DNA of 64,000 nt. Origin: Candidatus Avichristensenella intestinipullorum. Lineage in GTDB: Bacteria > Bacillota > Clostridia > Christensenellales > Aristaeellaceae. Below are positions 26,573-36,111 of the stretch, one piece after another (positions within the stretch are counted from its first letter, which is position 1; the number at the start of each line of letters is the position of its first letter). The stretch covers positions 5,484 through 69,483 of the forward strand of contig DVFI01000026.1 in the NCBI GenBank assembly GCA_018713305.1, in the 5' to 3' direction. Under the pieces are notes generated by a model, which saw only the letters and a program-made list of their open reading frames with translations, ran no database searches and was not told where the DNA came from. The translations under genes were made by a program, and so were the position numbers.

Positions 26573-28869
26573 GCGTACTCCTCCTCGGCTTTCTCTGCAC
26601 GGGCGCGAACCGCGCGCAGCGCGGCGCTCTCTTCCAGCCGGCATTTCACCGCCGGCAACATCAGCACGCGAAACGGCGCGGGTTGGTAGTCAATCAGGGA
26701 CAATTCCGCAAACGCCGTCAGCCCCAGCCGGACGGCGGCCGGGCGCAGGCCGCAGGCGCGCGACAGCGCGGCCTCGGACGACAATACGCCCGCGCGCAGC
26801 GCGCGATAGAGCGCGCGCAGGGCATTATCATCCGGCAGCCAGGCGGCCAGCGCCGCGGGAACGCGCGCATCGTCCAGCGCATATGCGTGCGCAAAGCCCT
26901 CCTGTGCGCCGGGCTGCGGCATGGCGCAGAGGGTGTGGAAGCGCCGCGGGTCCTGCGGGCGGCCGAAGCAGTAGTCCACCCGGTCCGCCAGGCCCAGCCG
27001 CTCCAGCCACGCGCACGCCCGGCGCGCGCCCTCCAGCGTGCGCACGGTCAGCAGGGTTCCCTGCCACCCCTCCCGCAGCCGCGCCGCCGCCTCGTCCGGC
27101 GGGGGCGCCGCCGCGTCCATCGGCCGGCCGTCCAGCACCGCCTCCAGCAGCGCCAGGTCGAACGCGTCCGCGCGCGCCAGGCAGTCGGCGGCAAAGGCGT
27201 CGCGCGGGCTGTGCGGCAGCAGGCGTTCCACCTCGCACTGCGCGCTCCTGCGCCCCATCCATTCGTTGACGGACGGGGAAAACAGAACGTCCACGCGCTC
27301 CGGCAGCCGGCTCCGCGCCTCGCCCTGGCCAAAGGCGATGCCGTCCAGGGCGGTTCCCGCCTGCGCCAGGCGAAGCCTGAGATGTTTTCCCTCGCTGCCC
27401 ACGGCGCGCGCTTCCAGCACGCGGGCGTCCGTCAGGCGAAACACGGGCGCGGGATTGCCAAAGCCCGTGGGGGCCAGGCGGTCCAGCTGCTCGATGAGCG
27501 GCACGGTGATTTCGTCCAGGGACGCTTCCAAATCATATGCCGCGGCGGGCACGAACGCCTCCGGTTCGGCCACGGCCTCCACCGCCTCGCTCAGCCGCCG
27601 CCGAAAGGCCGGAACGTTCTCCGTCTTCAGGGTCACCCCGGCGGCCTGCGCATGGCCGCCGAAGCGCTCGAACAGGTCGGCGCACCGGCTGAGCGCCTGG
27701 AAGATATTGACCCCGGGGATGGAGCGCGCCGAGCCCGTGCACATCCCGTCCTGTTCCGTCAGCACCACCGCCGGCCAGGCGAAGCGCTCCGCCAGCCGGG
27801 AGGCGGCCAGCCCCACCACGCCCGGATTCCATGCCCGGCCCACGACCACCAGCGCGCGCTCGGACAGAAAATCGACGTTCTCGCGCACCCAGATTTCCGC
27901 CTGCTGGACAATCTGCGCCTCCAGGCGCTGCCGCTCGGCATTTTGGGCGTTGAGGTCCTCGGCGACGCGGCGCGCCAGCGCCTCGTCCTGCGTCAGGAGC
28001 ATTTCGACGCTCCGCCCCGCCTCGGCCAGGCGGCCGCCCGCGTTGATGCGCGGGGCCAGCTGGAAGCCCAGGTGCCCGGCGGTGACGGTTTTGTCCGCCA
28101 GCCCCGCCGCCTCTATCAGCGCGCGCAGGCCCGCCCGGCGCGTCCGGTTGAGCTGCCTGAGGCCATGGGCGACGATAATCCTATTTTCTCCCAGCAGCGG
28201 CACCATATCCGCCACCGTGGCCAGCGCCGCCAGCTCCAGCAGCGGCTCCGCCGCCTCCCGCCCGAACAGCGCCCAGACCAGCTTCCACGCCACGCCCGCG
28301 CCGCACAGGCGGCGGAACGGATAGGCGCCCAGCAGCGGATTGACCACGGCGGCCGCGTCGGGCAGTCGGTCGGCCGGTTCGTGGTGGTCGGTGATAACCA
28401 GGGTCATGCCGCGTTTGGCGGCGGCCTCGGCCGGGGCAAACGCATTGATGCCGCAGTCCACGCTGATCAGCAGGGCGTACCGCGCCGCCAGGCGCTCCAC
28501 CGCCTCCACGTTGAGGCCGTAGCCTTCCCGGTGGCGCGAGGGCGTGTACACGTCCGCATGGGCACCGTGGCTGCGCAGGGCCTCGACCAGCAGCGCCGAA
28601 GCGCACACGCCGTCCACGTCGTAGTCCCCATAGACCACCATCGGGCGGTTCTTCGCCATCGCCTCCCGCACGGCCAGCACCGCCTGCGCCATGCCGTGCA
28701 TGCGCAGCGGGTCGTGCAAATCGTCCAGCGAGGGATGCAGAAAGGCCTGCGCCTCCGCCTGCGTGCGCACGCCGCGCGCCCAGAGCAGGCGCGCCAGGGG
28801 GAGCGGCAGCCCCGCCTCCAGCAGCGCATCGGGCCTGACATCCTCCAGCCGCCGAATCAACCGCAGCAA
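26569..28869 (-). CDS. recJ: single-stranded-DNA-specific exonuclease RecJ
   Basis: DHH motifs (VYGDYDVDGV, ISVDCG, VITDHH), DHHA1 (GGHAQAAG), and a long C-terminal extension. TTG start behind AAGGGGGTG. Confidence 0.85.
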   Translation of the reverse strand: MLRLIRRLEDVRPDALLEAGLPLPLARLLWARGVRTQAEAQAFLHPSLDDLHDPLRMHGMAQAVLAVREAMAKNRPMVVYGDYDVDGVCASALLVEALRSHGAHADVYTPSRHREGYGLNVEAVERLAARYALLISVDCGINAFAPAEAAAKRGMTLVITDHHEPADRLPDAAAVVNPLLGAYPFRRLCGAGVAWKLVWALFGREAAEPLLELAALATVADMVPLLGENRIIVAHGLRQLNRTRRAGLRALIEAAGLADKTVTAGHLGFQLAPRINAGGRLAEAGRSVEMLLTQDEALARRVAEDLNAQNAERQRLEAQIVQQAEIWVRENVDFLSERALVVVGRAWNPGVVGLAASRLAERFAWPAVVLTEQDGMCTGSARSIPGVNIFQALSRCADLFERFGGHAQAAGVTLKTENVPAFRRRLSEAVEAVAEPEAFVPAAAYDLEASLDEITVPLIEQLDRLAPTGFGNPAPVFRLTDARVLEARAVGSEGKHLRLRLAQAGTALDGIAFGQGEARSRLPERVDVLFSPSVNEWMGRRSAQCEVERLLPHSPRDAFAADCLARADAFDLALLEAVLDGRPMDAAAPPPDEAAARLREGWQGTLLTVRTLEGARRACAWLERLGLADRVDYCFGRPQDPRRFHTLCAMPQPGAQEGFAHAYALDDARVPAALAAWLPDDNALRALYRALRAGVLSSEAALSRACGLRPAAVRLGLTAFAELSLIDYQPAPFRVLMLPAVKCRLEESAALRAVRARAEKAEEEYA

Positions 28870-28897
28870 GCGCGCACCCCCTTTTTCGCTTCGTTCT

Positions 28898-28942
28898 CCA
28901 TAATAATGAAACCAAGAGCCCTTCCGTGCGGAAAGGCTCTTG
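28898..28942 (-). terminator. strong hairpin plus U-rich tract in the recJ leader (possible attenuator or terminator of a short transcript)
   Basis: On the minus strand, CCAAGAGCC-uuuccgcacggaag-GGCUCUUGG is followed by UUUCAUUAUUAU, about 30 nt before the recJ RBS. Confidence 0.35.
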
Positions 28943-28953
28943 GCATCGGTCGT

Positions 28954-29046
28954 TCAGGCCATATTTTTCAGCAGGGAAATATAGCGCGGACGCATACCGT
29001 GCTGGCACATCCTATGCTTCATGGTTCGACACAACGGCATACGCAC
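28954..29046 (-). CDS. candidate 28-30 codon leader ORF (VR)MPLCRTMKHRMCQHGMRPRYISLLKNMA
   Basis: AAGGAGG lies 7 nt before GTG 29046 (ATG at 29040). It sits between a consensus promoter and the hairpin at 28898-28942. Too short for the ORF track. Confidence 0.25.
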   Translation of the reverse strand: MRMPLCRTMKHRMCQHGMRPRYISLLKNMA

Positions 29047-29081
29047 CTTCCGACCTCCTTGGGAATAATTCTTAAGGATAT

Positions 29082-29110
29082 ATTATACACACGCCTTTTG
29101 CAAGCGTCAA
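29082..29110 (-). promoter_or_regulatory. near-consensus sigma-70 promoter driving the recJ-relA operon leader
   Basis: On the minus strand, TTGACG, 17 nt, then TATAAT. Confidence 0.65.
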
Positions 29111-29491
29111 GATTCGACGCGGAAAATTGAAAGAATTCCTGCGTGAAAGGCGCGTTCCGGAGGCGGGCGCTTCCCCGCACGCCGCTGTATATATTGAATT
29201 TTTCTCACTGATTTTGCATAATATATTATATAAAACAGAAAAAACTCGTCTGTCCCCTGCTTTTTCGGGCGACATGCTCCGTCCGTCGCCCGTGCGTGCG
29301 CGCCGCAGCGGGCAGCCGGCCGGGCCCGATGGAAGCAGCGTTCCCGGTTTCATTGCCGGGCGGGGCGGCGGCCCGCCGGCCCACGGCATGCGCGCCTTCC
29401 CCGGACGCTTCGGATGCGCCGCCCCTGGCATGGCGCGCTCCCTGCGGGTGTGAAAGCCCGGCGGAGAATCCGTCGAACGCCATGGCAGACA

Positions 29492-29521
29492 TTGACATAT
29501 ATCCAGTAAATATGATATGTT
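29492..29521 (+). promoter_or_regulatory. candidate promoter of the ABC-2 transporter operon
   Basis: TTGACA, 18 nt, then TGaTATGTT, about 70 nt upstream of the TTG start at 29590. Confidence 0.4.
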
Positions 29522-29589
29522 GTTTGTTGCGTCACTTCACAGCATCGATGCCTCGTTTCGCTTCTCTGACCCGAAAAGGAGGGCTCTGC

Positions 29590-30582
29590 TTGTACCTTAT
29601 CCAGGCCGAAGGATTGCGCAAGGTATACCGAATACGACAACGCGACGGAAACTGGCTGAAGAGTATGTTTTCCTCACGACGCATGACCGTGGAAGCGCTT
29701 CGCAGCGTGTCGTTCTCCATCCGGGAGGGGGAGCTGATAGGATATATCGGCCCCAACGGCGCAGGCAAGTCAACCACGGTCAAACTTCTCTCCGGCATCC
29801 TCACGCCCGACGGCGGGACATGCAGCGTGCTGGGGTTGACGCCCTGGTCGCAAAGGCGGCAGCTCGCGGGGAAAATCGGCGTGGTGTTTGGGCAGCGGAG
29901 CCAGTTGTGGTGGGATTTGCCGGTGGACGATTCCTTTCGTCTGCTGCGCGACATTTACCGGGTGAAGGAGCCGGACTTCCGCCGGGTCCGGGACGAGCTG
30001 TGCGATCGGCTGTCTCTGGGCGCGCTGCTGCAAACGCCCGTCCGGCAGCTGAGCCTGGGCCAGCGGATGCGGTGCGAGCTGGCGGCGGCGCTTCTGCACA
30101 GCCCCGCGCTGGTGTTCCTGGACGAACCGACCATCGGCCTGGACGCCGCCTCCAAGCTTGCGGTGCGCGAGTTTATCCGCGACCGGAACCGGCATGCCGG
30201 TATGACCGTCATCCTGACCACGCACGATATGGACGACATCGAAGCGCTGTGCTCGCGCGTCATGCTCATCGGCCATGGCAGGATTCTGCTGGACGGTCCG
30301 GTGCGCGCGCTGGCGGGCGAGAACGCCGAGCGGTGCATCACCGCCGTCCTGGAGCGGCCGCTGGACGAGACGAGCCTGCCCCCGGGCGTCCGGGTGCAGC
30401 GGCAGTCCCCGCAGGAGTGGACGCTTCGTCTGGACCCGCGCCGGACGCCCGTCGCGCAGATTGTCTCGCTGCTCCACGAACAATGCGGCCTTGTGGACAT
30501 GATGGTGCAAAATCCCCCCATTGACGAAATCGTCGCGGCGCGCTATGCGCAGCTGGAGCGGGAAGCGGAGGTGGGCGGATGA
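29590..30582 (+). CDS. ABC transporter ATP-binding protein (ABC-2/drug-exporter-like class, 330 aa)
   Basis: Walker A GPNGAGKSTT, signature LSLGQRMRCELAAAL, Walker B LVFLDEPTIGLD. TTG start 6 nt after AAAGGAGG; the upstream part of the ORF-track frame has no RBS. Confidence 0.85.
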   Translation: MYLIQAEGLRKVYRIRQRDGNWLKSMFSSRRMTVEALRSVSFSIREGELIGYIGPNGAGKSTTVKLLSGILTPDGGTCSVLGLTPWSQRRQLAGKIGVVFGQRSQLWWDLPVDDSFRLLRDIYRVKEPDFRRVRDELCDRLSLGALLQTPVRQLSLGQRMRCELAAALLHSPALVFLDEPTIGLDAASKLAVREFIRDRNRHAGMTVILTTHDMDDIEALCSRVMLIGHGRILLDGPVRALAGENAERCITAVLERPLDETSLPPGVRVQRQSPQEWTLRLDPRRTPVAQIVSLLHEQCGLVDMMVQNPPIDEIVAARYAQLEREAEVGG

Positions 30583-31382
30583 AAGCCTACTGGGCCTTAT
30601 TCCGGGCGCGGTTCCGCACGCTTTTGCAGTATCGCGCCGCCGCGGCCGCCGGTTTTGCCACGCAGGTGGTCTTTGGCCTGGTCAACCTCTGCATCCTGCG
30701 CGCCTTTTACCGCTACGCAGGCGCGTCGCAGCCGATGACGCTTTCGCAGGCGGCCAGCTATATATGGCTGGGCCAGGCGCTTTTGGGCATGCAGCCCGGC
30801 TGGAGCATGGACTCGGAAACCGCCAACGCCGTGCGCAGCGGCGCGGTGGCGTACGACCTGACGCGGCCGCTGGATATGTACGCGCACTGGTACGTCCGCG
30901 CCCTGGCGCTGCGCATCGCGCCCACGCTGCTCAAATCGGTGCCCATGTTCCTGTTTGCCTCCCTGCTGCTCCCGGAAGGCTATGCGCTCGTCTGGCCGCC
31001 GCTTCCGTCGCTGCTGGCCTGGATGGCCGCGCTGGCGGGGGCGCTTGCGCTTTCCTGCTCCATCACGCTGCTGATGCAGGCGACGCTCTTTTGGACCGTG
31101 GCCGGGGACGGCGTTGCGCGCATACTGCCCAGCATCATTTTTCTGCTCTCCGGCATGGTCATCCCCCTGCCGCTGTTTCCCGACTGGGCGCAGCCCTTTC
31201 TGCGCATCCAGCCGTTTTACGGCCTGTCCGGTGCGGTGTCGATGCTGTTTTGTCAGATACTGCCTGCCCGGGAAGCGGGGCAGGTCATCGCGCTGCAATG
31301 GGGCTGGACGGCGGCGTTTGTGCTGGGCGGCCGTTGGCTGATGGGACGGGGGCTGAGGCGGCTGAACGTCGCGGGAGGATAA
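30579..31382 (+). CDS. ABC-2 family transporter permease
   Basis: 267-aa polytopic membrane protein. ATG overlaps the ATPase stop (ATGA). Confidence 0.75.
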   Translation: MKAYWALFRARFRTLLQYRAAAAAGFATQVVFGLVNLCILRAFYRYAGASQPMTLSQAASYIWLGQALLGMQPGWSMDSETANAVRSGAVAYDLTRPLDMYAHWYVRALALRIAPTLLKSVPMFLFASLLLPEGYALVWPPLPSLLAWMAALAGALALSCSITLLMQATLFWTVAGDGVARILPSIIFLLSGMVIPLPLFPDWAQPFLRIQPFYGLSGAVSMLFCQILPAREAGQVIALQWGWTAAFVLGGRWLMGRGLRRLNVAGG

Positions 31383-31386
31383 GGAA

Positions 31387-32178
31387 ATGAACGGATTGCG
31401 GCTATACGGCAGGATGCTGGCCGTCGCCATGCGCAGCCAGCTTCAGTACCGCGCCAGTTTTCTGCTGACCACGCTGGGCAATTTCATCAGCGCGTTCGCG
31501 GACTTCCTGGGCATCTGGGCATTTTTTGACCGTTTTGGCGGCCTGCAGGGCTGGACGCTGGCGGAAACAGCCATCTTTTACGGCATAGGCAACGTCTCCT
31601 TTGCGCTCAGCGAGATGTTTGCGCGCGAATTCGATGTGTTCGGCAGCCATGTGCGGACGGGCTCGTTCGACCGCATGCTGCTGCGGCCGCGCTCCACCGT
31701 GCTGCAGATGATGGGCGCGCAGTGCCAAATCATGCGCATAGGCCGGCTGATACAGGGCGCCGGCGTGCTGGCGGCGGGCGTGTGGCTGCTCCGCCCGGCC
31801 TGGGGCGTGCAGCACTGGCTGCTGCTGCTTGCCTCTATCATCGGCGGCACGGCGCTGTTCTTTGGGCTGATCATCATGCAGGCGACCTGCTGCTTCTGGA
31901 CGGTCGAATCGCTGGAGATATGGAACTGCGTGACCGACGGCGGGCGGACGGTGGCGCAGTACCCGCTGGACATTTATGAAAAACCGCTGCGCCATTTCTT
32001 TACCTATCTGGTGCCGCTTGCCTGCATGAGCTACTGGCCGGGGGCGTACCTGCTGGGGCGCGGGTATGTGCCGGCCTGGGTGAGTTTTCTGGCGCCGTGC
32101 GCGGGGATATTGATATTTTTGCTGTCCATATGGGTGTGGAATTGCGGCATTCGGCACTATCGCTCCTGTGGGAGTTGA
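31387..32178 (+). CDS. ABC-2 family transporter permease (second subunit)
   Basis: 263-aa polytopic membrane protein. GGGAGGA RBS is present. It is a paralogue-like partner of the preceding gene. Confidence 0.75.
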   Translation: MNGLRLYGRMLAVAMRSQLQYRASFLLTTLGNFISAFADFLGIWAFFDRFGGLQGWTLAETAIFYGIGNVSFALSEMFAREFDVFGSHVRTGSFDRMLLRPRSTVLQMMGAQCQIMRIGRLIQGAGVLAAGVWLLRPAWGVQHWLLLLASIIGGTALFFGLIIMQATCCFWTVESLEIWNCVTDGGRTVAQYPLDIYEKPLRHFFTYLVPLACMSYWPGAYLLGRGYVPAWVSFLAPCAGILIFLLSIWVWNCGIRHYRSCGS

Positions 32179-32242
32179 TTTTTGCATGATTTTCGTCTAT
32201 GATGGTCATAATCCGCATACGCTACTTCAAAGGAGGAGTACC

Positions 32243-33325
32243 ATGAAGCAGTTCCGTGTGGCCGTTGTCGGCGCCACAGGCATGGTGGGACAGCGCTTTT
32301 TGACGCTGCTCGACGGGCATCCCTGGTTTGATGTCGCCGCCGTCGCGGCTTCGCCCCGTTCGGCAGGCCAGCCCTACGGGCAGGCGGTGGCCGGCCGTTG
32401 GATGATGGACCGCCTGATTCCCCAGCGCGTACTGGGCATGACGGTGCTGGACGCTTCCGACGTCAAGCGCGTCAGCGCCGAGGTGGATTTTGTCTTCTGC
32501 GCGGTGGATATGAACAAGGACGAAATCCGCGCGTTGGAGGAGGCCTATGCCAAGGCCGAAACGCCGGTGGTGTCCAACAACTCCGCCAACCGGCACATTC
32601 CCGACGTGCCCATGCTCATTCCCGAAATCAACCCCGAGCATGCCGAAATCATCACGCTCCAGCGCCGCCGGCTGGGCACGCGCTCGGGCTTTATCGCCGT
32701 CAAGCCCAACTGCTCCATCCAGAGCTACGTCCCCGTCCTGCATCCGCTGCGCGGCTTCGGCCTCAAGGAAGTATCGGTATGCACATACCAGGCGGTGTCC
32801 GGCGCGGGAAAGCGGTTGGCCGACTGGCCGGAGATGGAGGACAACGTGATTCCCTACATCGGCGGCGAAGAGGTCAAGAGCGAACGCGAGCCGCTGAAAG
32901 TCTGGGGAGAGCTGACGGGCGAGGGGATTATCTCCGCGCAGACCCCCGTCATCGCCGCCCAGTGCCTGCGCGTGCCGGTCAGCGACGGCCATATTGCGGC
33001 CGTGTCGGTTCGCTTTGACAAGAAGCCCTCGGGCCAGGAAATCCTTGAGGCGTGGCGGAATTGGGAAACCGTGCCCCAGCAGCTGGGCCTGCCCAGCGCG
33101 CCCACCCCGTTCCTGCGCTATTTTGAGGAGGCCGACCGCCCCCAGCCGCGGCTGGACAAAAACGAAGGGCGGGGCATGGCGGTCACCGTGGGCCGCCTGC
33201 GCGAGGATCCCATTTTCGACTGGCGCTTTGTGGCGCTCTCGCATAATACCCTGCGCGGCGCGGCGGGCGGCGGCGTTTTGACGGCCGAGCTGCTGTGCAA
33301 GCAGGGCTGGATAAAGCACAAATAA
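32243..33325 (+). CDS. asd: aspartate-semialdehyde dehydrogenase
   Basis: VAVVGATGMVGQRF NAD(P) fold, active-site region KPNCSIQ, and HNTLRGAAG near the C-terminus. AAAGGAGG RBS is present. Confidence 0.9.
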   Translation: MKQFRVAVVGATGMVGQRFLTLLDGHPWFDVAAVAASPRSAGQPYGQAVAGRWMMDRLIPQRVLGMTVLDASDVKRVSAEVDFVFCAVDMNKDEIRALEEAYAKAETPVVSNNSANRHIPDVPMLIPEINPEHAEIITLQRRRLGTRSGFIAVKPNCSIQSYVPVLHPLRGFGLKEVSVCTYQAVSGAGKRLADWPEMEDNVIPYIGGEEVKSEREPLKVWGELTGEGIISAQTPVIAAQCLRVPVSDGHIAAVSVRFDKKPSGQEILEAWRNWETVPQQLGLPSAPTPFLRYFEEADRPQPRLDKNEGRGMAVTVGRLREDPIFDWRFVALSHNTLRGAAGGGVLTAELLCKQGWIKHK

Positions 33326-33348
33326 CATTTTGATAAAGGGGGAATCCC

Positions 33349-34245
33349 ATGGACTCCGGACGCTTGCTCTACAAAGGAAGCGGCTGCGCGATGGTGACGC
33401 CCTTTACAAAAGAGAACACGGTGGATTGCGCCGCACTGCGAAAGCAGGCGGCGTTTCAATTGGAGAACGGCACGGATGCGCTCATCGTCTGCGGCACCAC
33501 GGGCGAGGCGTCTACCATGGACGCGCGCGAGCAGGCGGAGGCCGTCGGCATGGTGGTCGAGGCTGCGGACGGACGCGTGCCGGTCATCGCAGGCGTCGGC
33601 GGCAACGACACGGCCCGGGCCATCCGGACCTGCCGACAGGCGCGCTCGCTCGGGGCGGACGCGGTGCTGGCGGTTACGCCCTACTACAACAAGACCACGC
33701 AGGCCGGTCTGGTCGCGCACTTCACCGCGCTGGCGGAAGCGTCGGAGCTTCCCGTCCTGCTGTACAACGTGCCCTCCCGCACGGGGCTGAATCTGCTGCC
33801 CGCCACCGCGGAGGAACTGGCCGCGCACGAAAACATCGTGGGCCTGAAGGAGGCGTGCGGCGACATCGCGCAGGCGGCGGAGACCATCCGCCGGTGCGGG
33901 CCGCGCCTGCCGGTGTACTCCGGCAGCGACGAGCTGACGCTCCCCATGCTGTCCGTCGGCGGCGCGGGCGTCGTCTCCGTGGCAGCCAACCTGGTTCCCC
34001 GGCGCATGCACCGGCTGTGCGCGCTGTATTTTGACGGCGACACGGAACAGGCACGCCGGGAGCAGCTGGCGCTGCTCCCGCTGATTTCGGCGCTGTTTTG
34101 CGAAGTCAATCCCATTCCGGTCAAGACGGCCATGGCATGGCTGGGCTGGTGCGAAGGCCGTCTGCGCCTGCCCCTGGTGCCCATGCGGCCGGAAAATAAG
34201 GCGCGGCTGATAAGCTGCCTGCAGGAAGCGGGGCTGGTGCCATGA
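33349..34245 (+). CDS. dapA: 4-hydroxy-tetrahydrodipicolinate synthase
   Basis: GSGCAMVTPF, GTTGEASTM, TPYYNK, LYNVPSRTG, GLKEA. Confidence 0.9.
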   Translation: MDSGRLLYKGSGCAMVTPFTKENTVDCAALRKQAAFQLENGTDALIVCGTTGEASTMDAREQAEAVGMVVEAADGRVPVIAGVGGNDTARAIRTCRQARSLGADAVLAVTPYYNKTTQAGLVAHFTALAEASELPVLLYNVPSRTGLNLLPATAEELAAHENIVGLKEACGDIAQAAETIRRCGPRLPVYSGSDELTLPMLSVGGAGVVSVAANLVPRRMHRLCALYFDGDTEQARREQLALLPLISALFCEVNPIPVKTAMAWLGWCEGRLRLPLVPMRPENKARLISCLQEAGLVP

Positions 34246-34922
34246 TTCTTGCCGCGTTGGCCGGAGCGTCGGGCCGGATGGGCATGGCGGTGCAGTCGCT
34301 TCTGCCCGCGACGCCGGATATTTCGCTGTGCGCGCGCATTGATCCGGCGTTGGGGACTTCCTTTGCCGGATGCGCCGCCCGGCCCGACGTCGTCATCGAC
34401 TTTTCCACGCCCAGGGCGTTGGAGGAAGAGCTTGCGTTTTGCGTGCGGAAAGGCGCGGCGCTGGTGCTGGCCACCACCGGCCATCCGCCGCAGGCCCGCG
34501 CGATGCTGGAGGAAGCCGCCGCCCACATTGCCGTCTTTCACAGCGCCAACCTGTCCTATGGCGCGTATGTGCTGGGCAGGCTGGCGGCGCAGGCGCGCCG
34601 AATGCTGGGGGACGGGTACGACGCGGCCATTGTGGAGCGCCACCATCGCGGCAAACGGGACGCGCCCAGCGGCACGGCGCAGCAGCTGGCGCAGGCCATG
34701 GGGATGTCCGGGATGCCCACGCTCTCCGTGCGCGGCGGCGGGCTGGTGGGCGTGCACGAAGTGGGCTTTTACGGCCCCATGGATACGCTGACGCTCAAGC
34801 ACGACGCGCTGGACCGCCGCCTTTTCGCGCGCGGCGCGCTGGAGGCGGCCCGCTGGCTCGTTGCCTGCGCGCCCGGCCTGTACGGCATGGAGGATTGGCT
34901 GTCGACCTGCGATGCGCGCTGA
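34242..34922 (+). CDS. dapB: 4-hydroxy-tetrahydrodipicolinate reductase (short form, 226 aa)
   Basis: LAGASGRMG, FSTP, ATTG, IVERHHRGKRDAPSGTA, HEV. ATG overlaps the dapA stop. Confidence 0.85.
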   Translation: MILAALAGASGRMGMAVQSLLPATPDISLCARIDPALGTSFAGCAARPDVVIDFSTPRALEEELAFCVRKGAALVLATTGHPPQARAMLEEAAAHIAVFHSANLSYGAYVLGRLAAQARRMLGDGYDAAIVERHHRGKRDAPSGTAQQLAQAMGMSGMPTLSVRGGGLVGVHEVGFYGPMDTLTLKHDALDRRLFARGALEAARWLVACAPGLYGMEDWLSTCDAR

Positions 34923-35030
34923 AAATACCGCAGCGTCGGCTATTGGCCGGAAACGCTCCGGGCCTGCGGGCTTACGCCCCCGGGCGCCGGAGCGTTCTTC
35001 AGGAAAAGGCCGACTTCCGTGGCCCGACGG

Positions 35031-35972
35031 TCACGCCGGCGCGTTGATGTCGGCGAACACGGCGCCAAGGGGCGTTTCAAAGCCAAGGCTTTGATACATT
35101 TTCTCGTCGCAGGGAGCGCTGCAGACGGTCAGACTTGCCAGGCCCTGCTCGCGGCTCCACGCCTGCGCGGCCCGGGCCAGCTTCCGGGCAATGCCTTGTT
35201 TGCGGAACGCCGGCTCGACATAGAAGTCCTCGAAAATGCCCGTGTCCGTGCAGGCAAAGGTGGAGAAGCATTTGACCACGCTGCACATGCCGACTGCCCG
35301 ATAGCCGCGCCTGGCCAGGAAGAACGTAATCCGTCCGTCCCGAACGGCGGCTGCAAGCCGTTCCTGTTTTTCTTTCGTCAGCGGCGATTCCCCGATTTCC
35401 TGCAAATACCCGTTCTCCAGCTTTTTCAGCTGCCAATCCTCTGCATCGGTGAGCGCTTCGACCGTATAGGGGACATGCTCCGTCGGGGGCAGAATCATCA
35501 GCGGTTCGCCCCATTCGTCCGCGCCGTTGGCGACAAAGCCGACCCGTTCCCAGAAACGCCGTCGCCGCGGATGGCTGCCGCAGTTCAGTTCCGCATACTG
35601 CGCGCCGTTCCTTTTCGCCCAGTCCAGCAGCGCTCCGGCGCACTCCGTACCCGTGCCGCCGCCCCGAAACGCCGGGAAAACGCAGAACTCCATAATGAAG
35701 CACTTGCCGTCCTCCGAGGTGAAAATCACCGGCAGGGCGAAGCCGATGTCCTGCCCGGCCCGATGAAAGAACAGGTAGAAGCCGCGGTCTTGCGGCCTGT
35801 CGTGAACGCTCTGCACCTGCGCCCGGTACTGCGTATCGTCGAGGAAGTATGCTGCCTCGTTGTCCTCCGGGTCCGGGAAAATGTCTCGCCTGTGATAGGC
35901 GTGAAGCTGCTCCCAAAAGAGCGCGACATCGGCTTTCGTGACCGCTTCACGGATGGCAATTTCGTCTTTCAT
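35031..35972 (-). CDS. GNAT-family N-acetyltransferase with two acetyltransferase domains
   Basis: Two Q/RxxGxG/A-like acetyl-CoA motifs (FRGGGTG and FRKQGIARKL). Start at ATG 35972 behind GGAGGA. Confidence 0.75.
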   Translation of the reverse strand: MKDEIAIREAVTKADVALFWEQLHAYHRRDIFPDPEDNEAAYFLDDTQYRAQVQSVHDRPQDRGFYLFFHRAGQDIGFALPVIFTSEDGKCFIMEFCVFPAFRGGGTGTECAGALLDWAKRNGAQYAELNCGSHPRRRRFWERVGFVANGADEWGEPLMILPPTEHVPYTVEALTDAEDWQLKKLENGYLQEIGESPLTKEKQERLAAAVRDGRITFFLARRGYRAVGMCSVVKCFSTFACTDTGIFEDFYVEPAFRKQGIARKLARAAQAWSREQGLASLTVCSAPCDEKMYQSLGFETPLGAVFADINAPA

Positions 35973-36111
35973 GCCGTTTCCTCCAAAGAAGGATGGGAAG
36001 AATGGGAGGGATGGGAAGCGTGAACCCTCCCTGCGCGATTTGTCTTCATCTTCCCCCATCCTTTCCGGGTGAAATCTGTATGCGCGCGCCCAAATCGATG
36101 CGGATGCCTTA

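Noticed and set aside
23822-26689. 955-aa + strand ORF
   Set aside because: Antisense to dtd and relA. No motifs and a junk composition.
26683-29130. 815-aa + strand ORF
   Set aside because: Antisense to recJ. Same composition argument as the other shadow ORFs.
29127-29453. 108-aa + strand ORF in the recJ/ABC-2 divergent region
   Set aside because: It has no RBS. It starts in AT-rich promoter DNA and continues as an Arg/Gly/Pro/Ala-rich frame, and it overlaps equally long junk ORFs on the other strand.
32179-32242. Lysine riboswitch upstream of asd-dapA-dapB
   Set aside because: The gap is only 64 nt and contains just a possible promoter and the RBS, far too short for an L-box (about 180 nt).
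35985-36065. Short GGATGGG(A/G)AAG repeats (two direct, one inverted) between the flavodoxin remnant and the GNAT gene
   Set aside because: They are explained as the arms of a local terminator-like hairpin (GGGAGGG...CCCTCCC and flanking complementarity) just upstream of the GNAT RBS. The tract is too short and isolated to call a repeat family.
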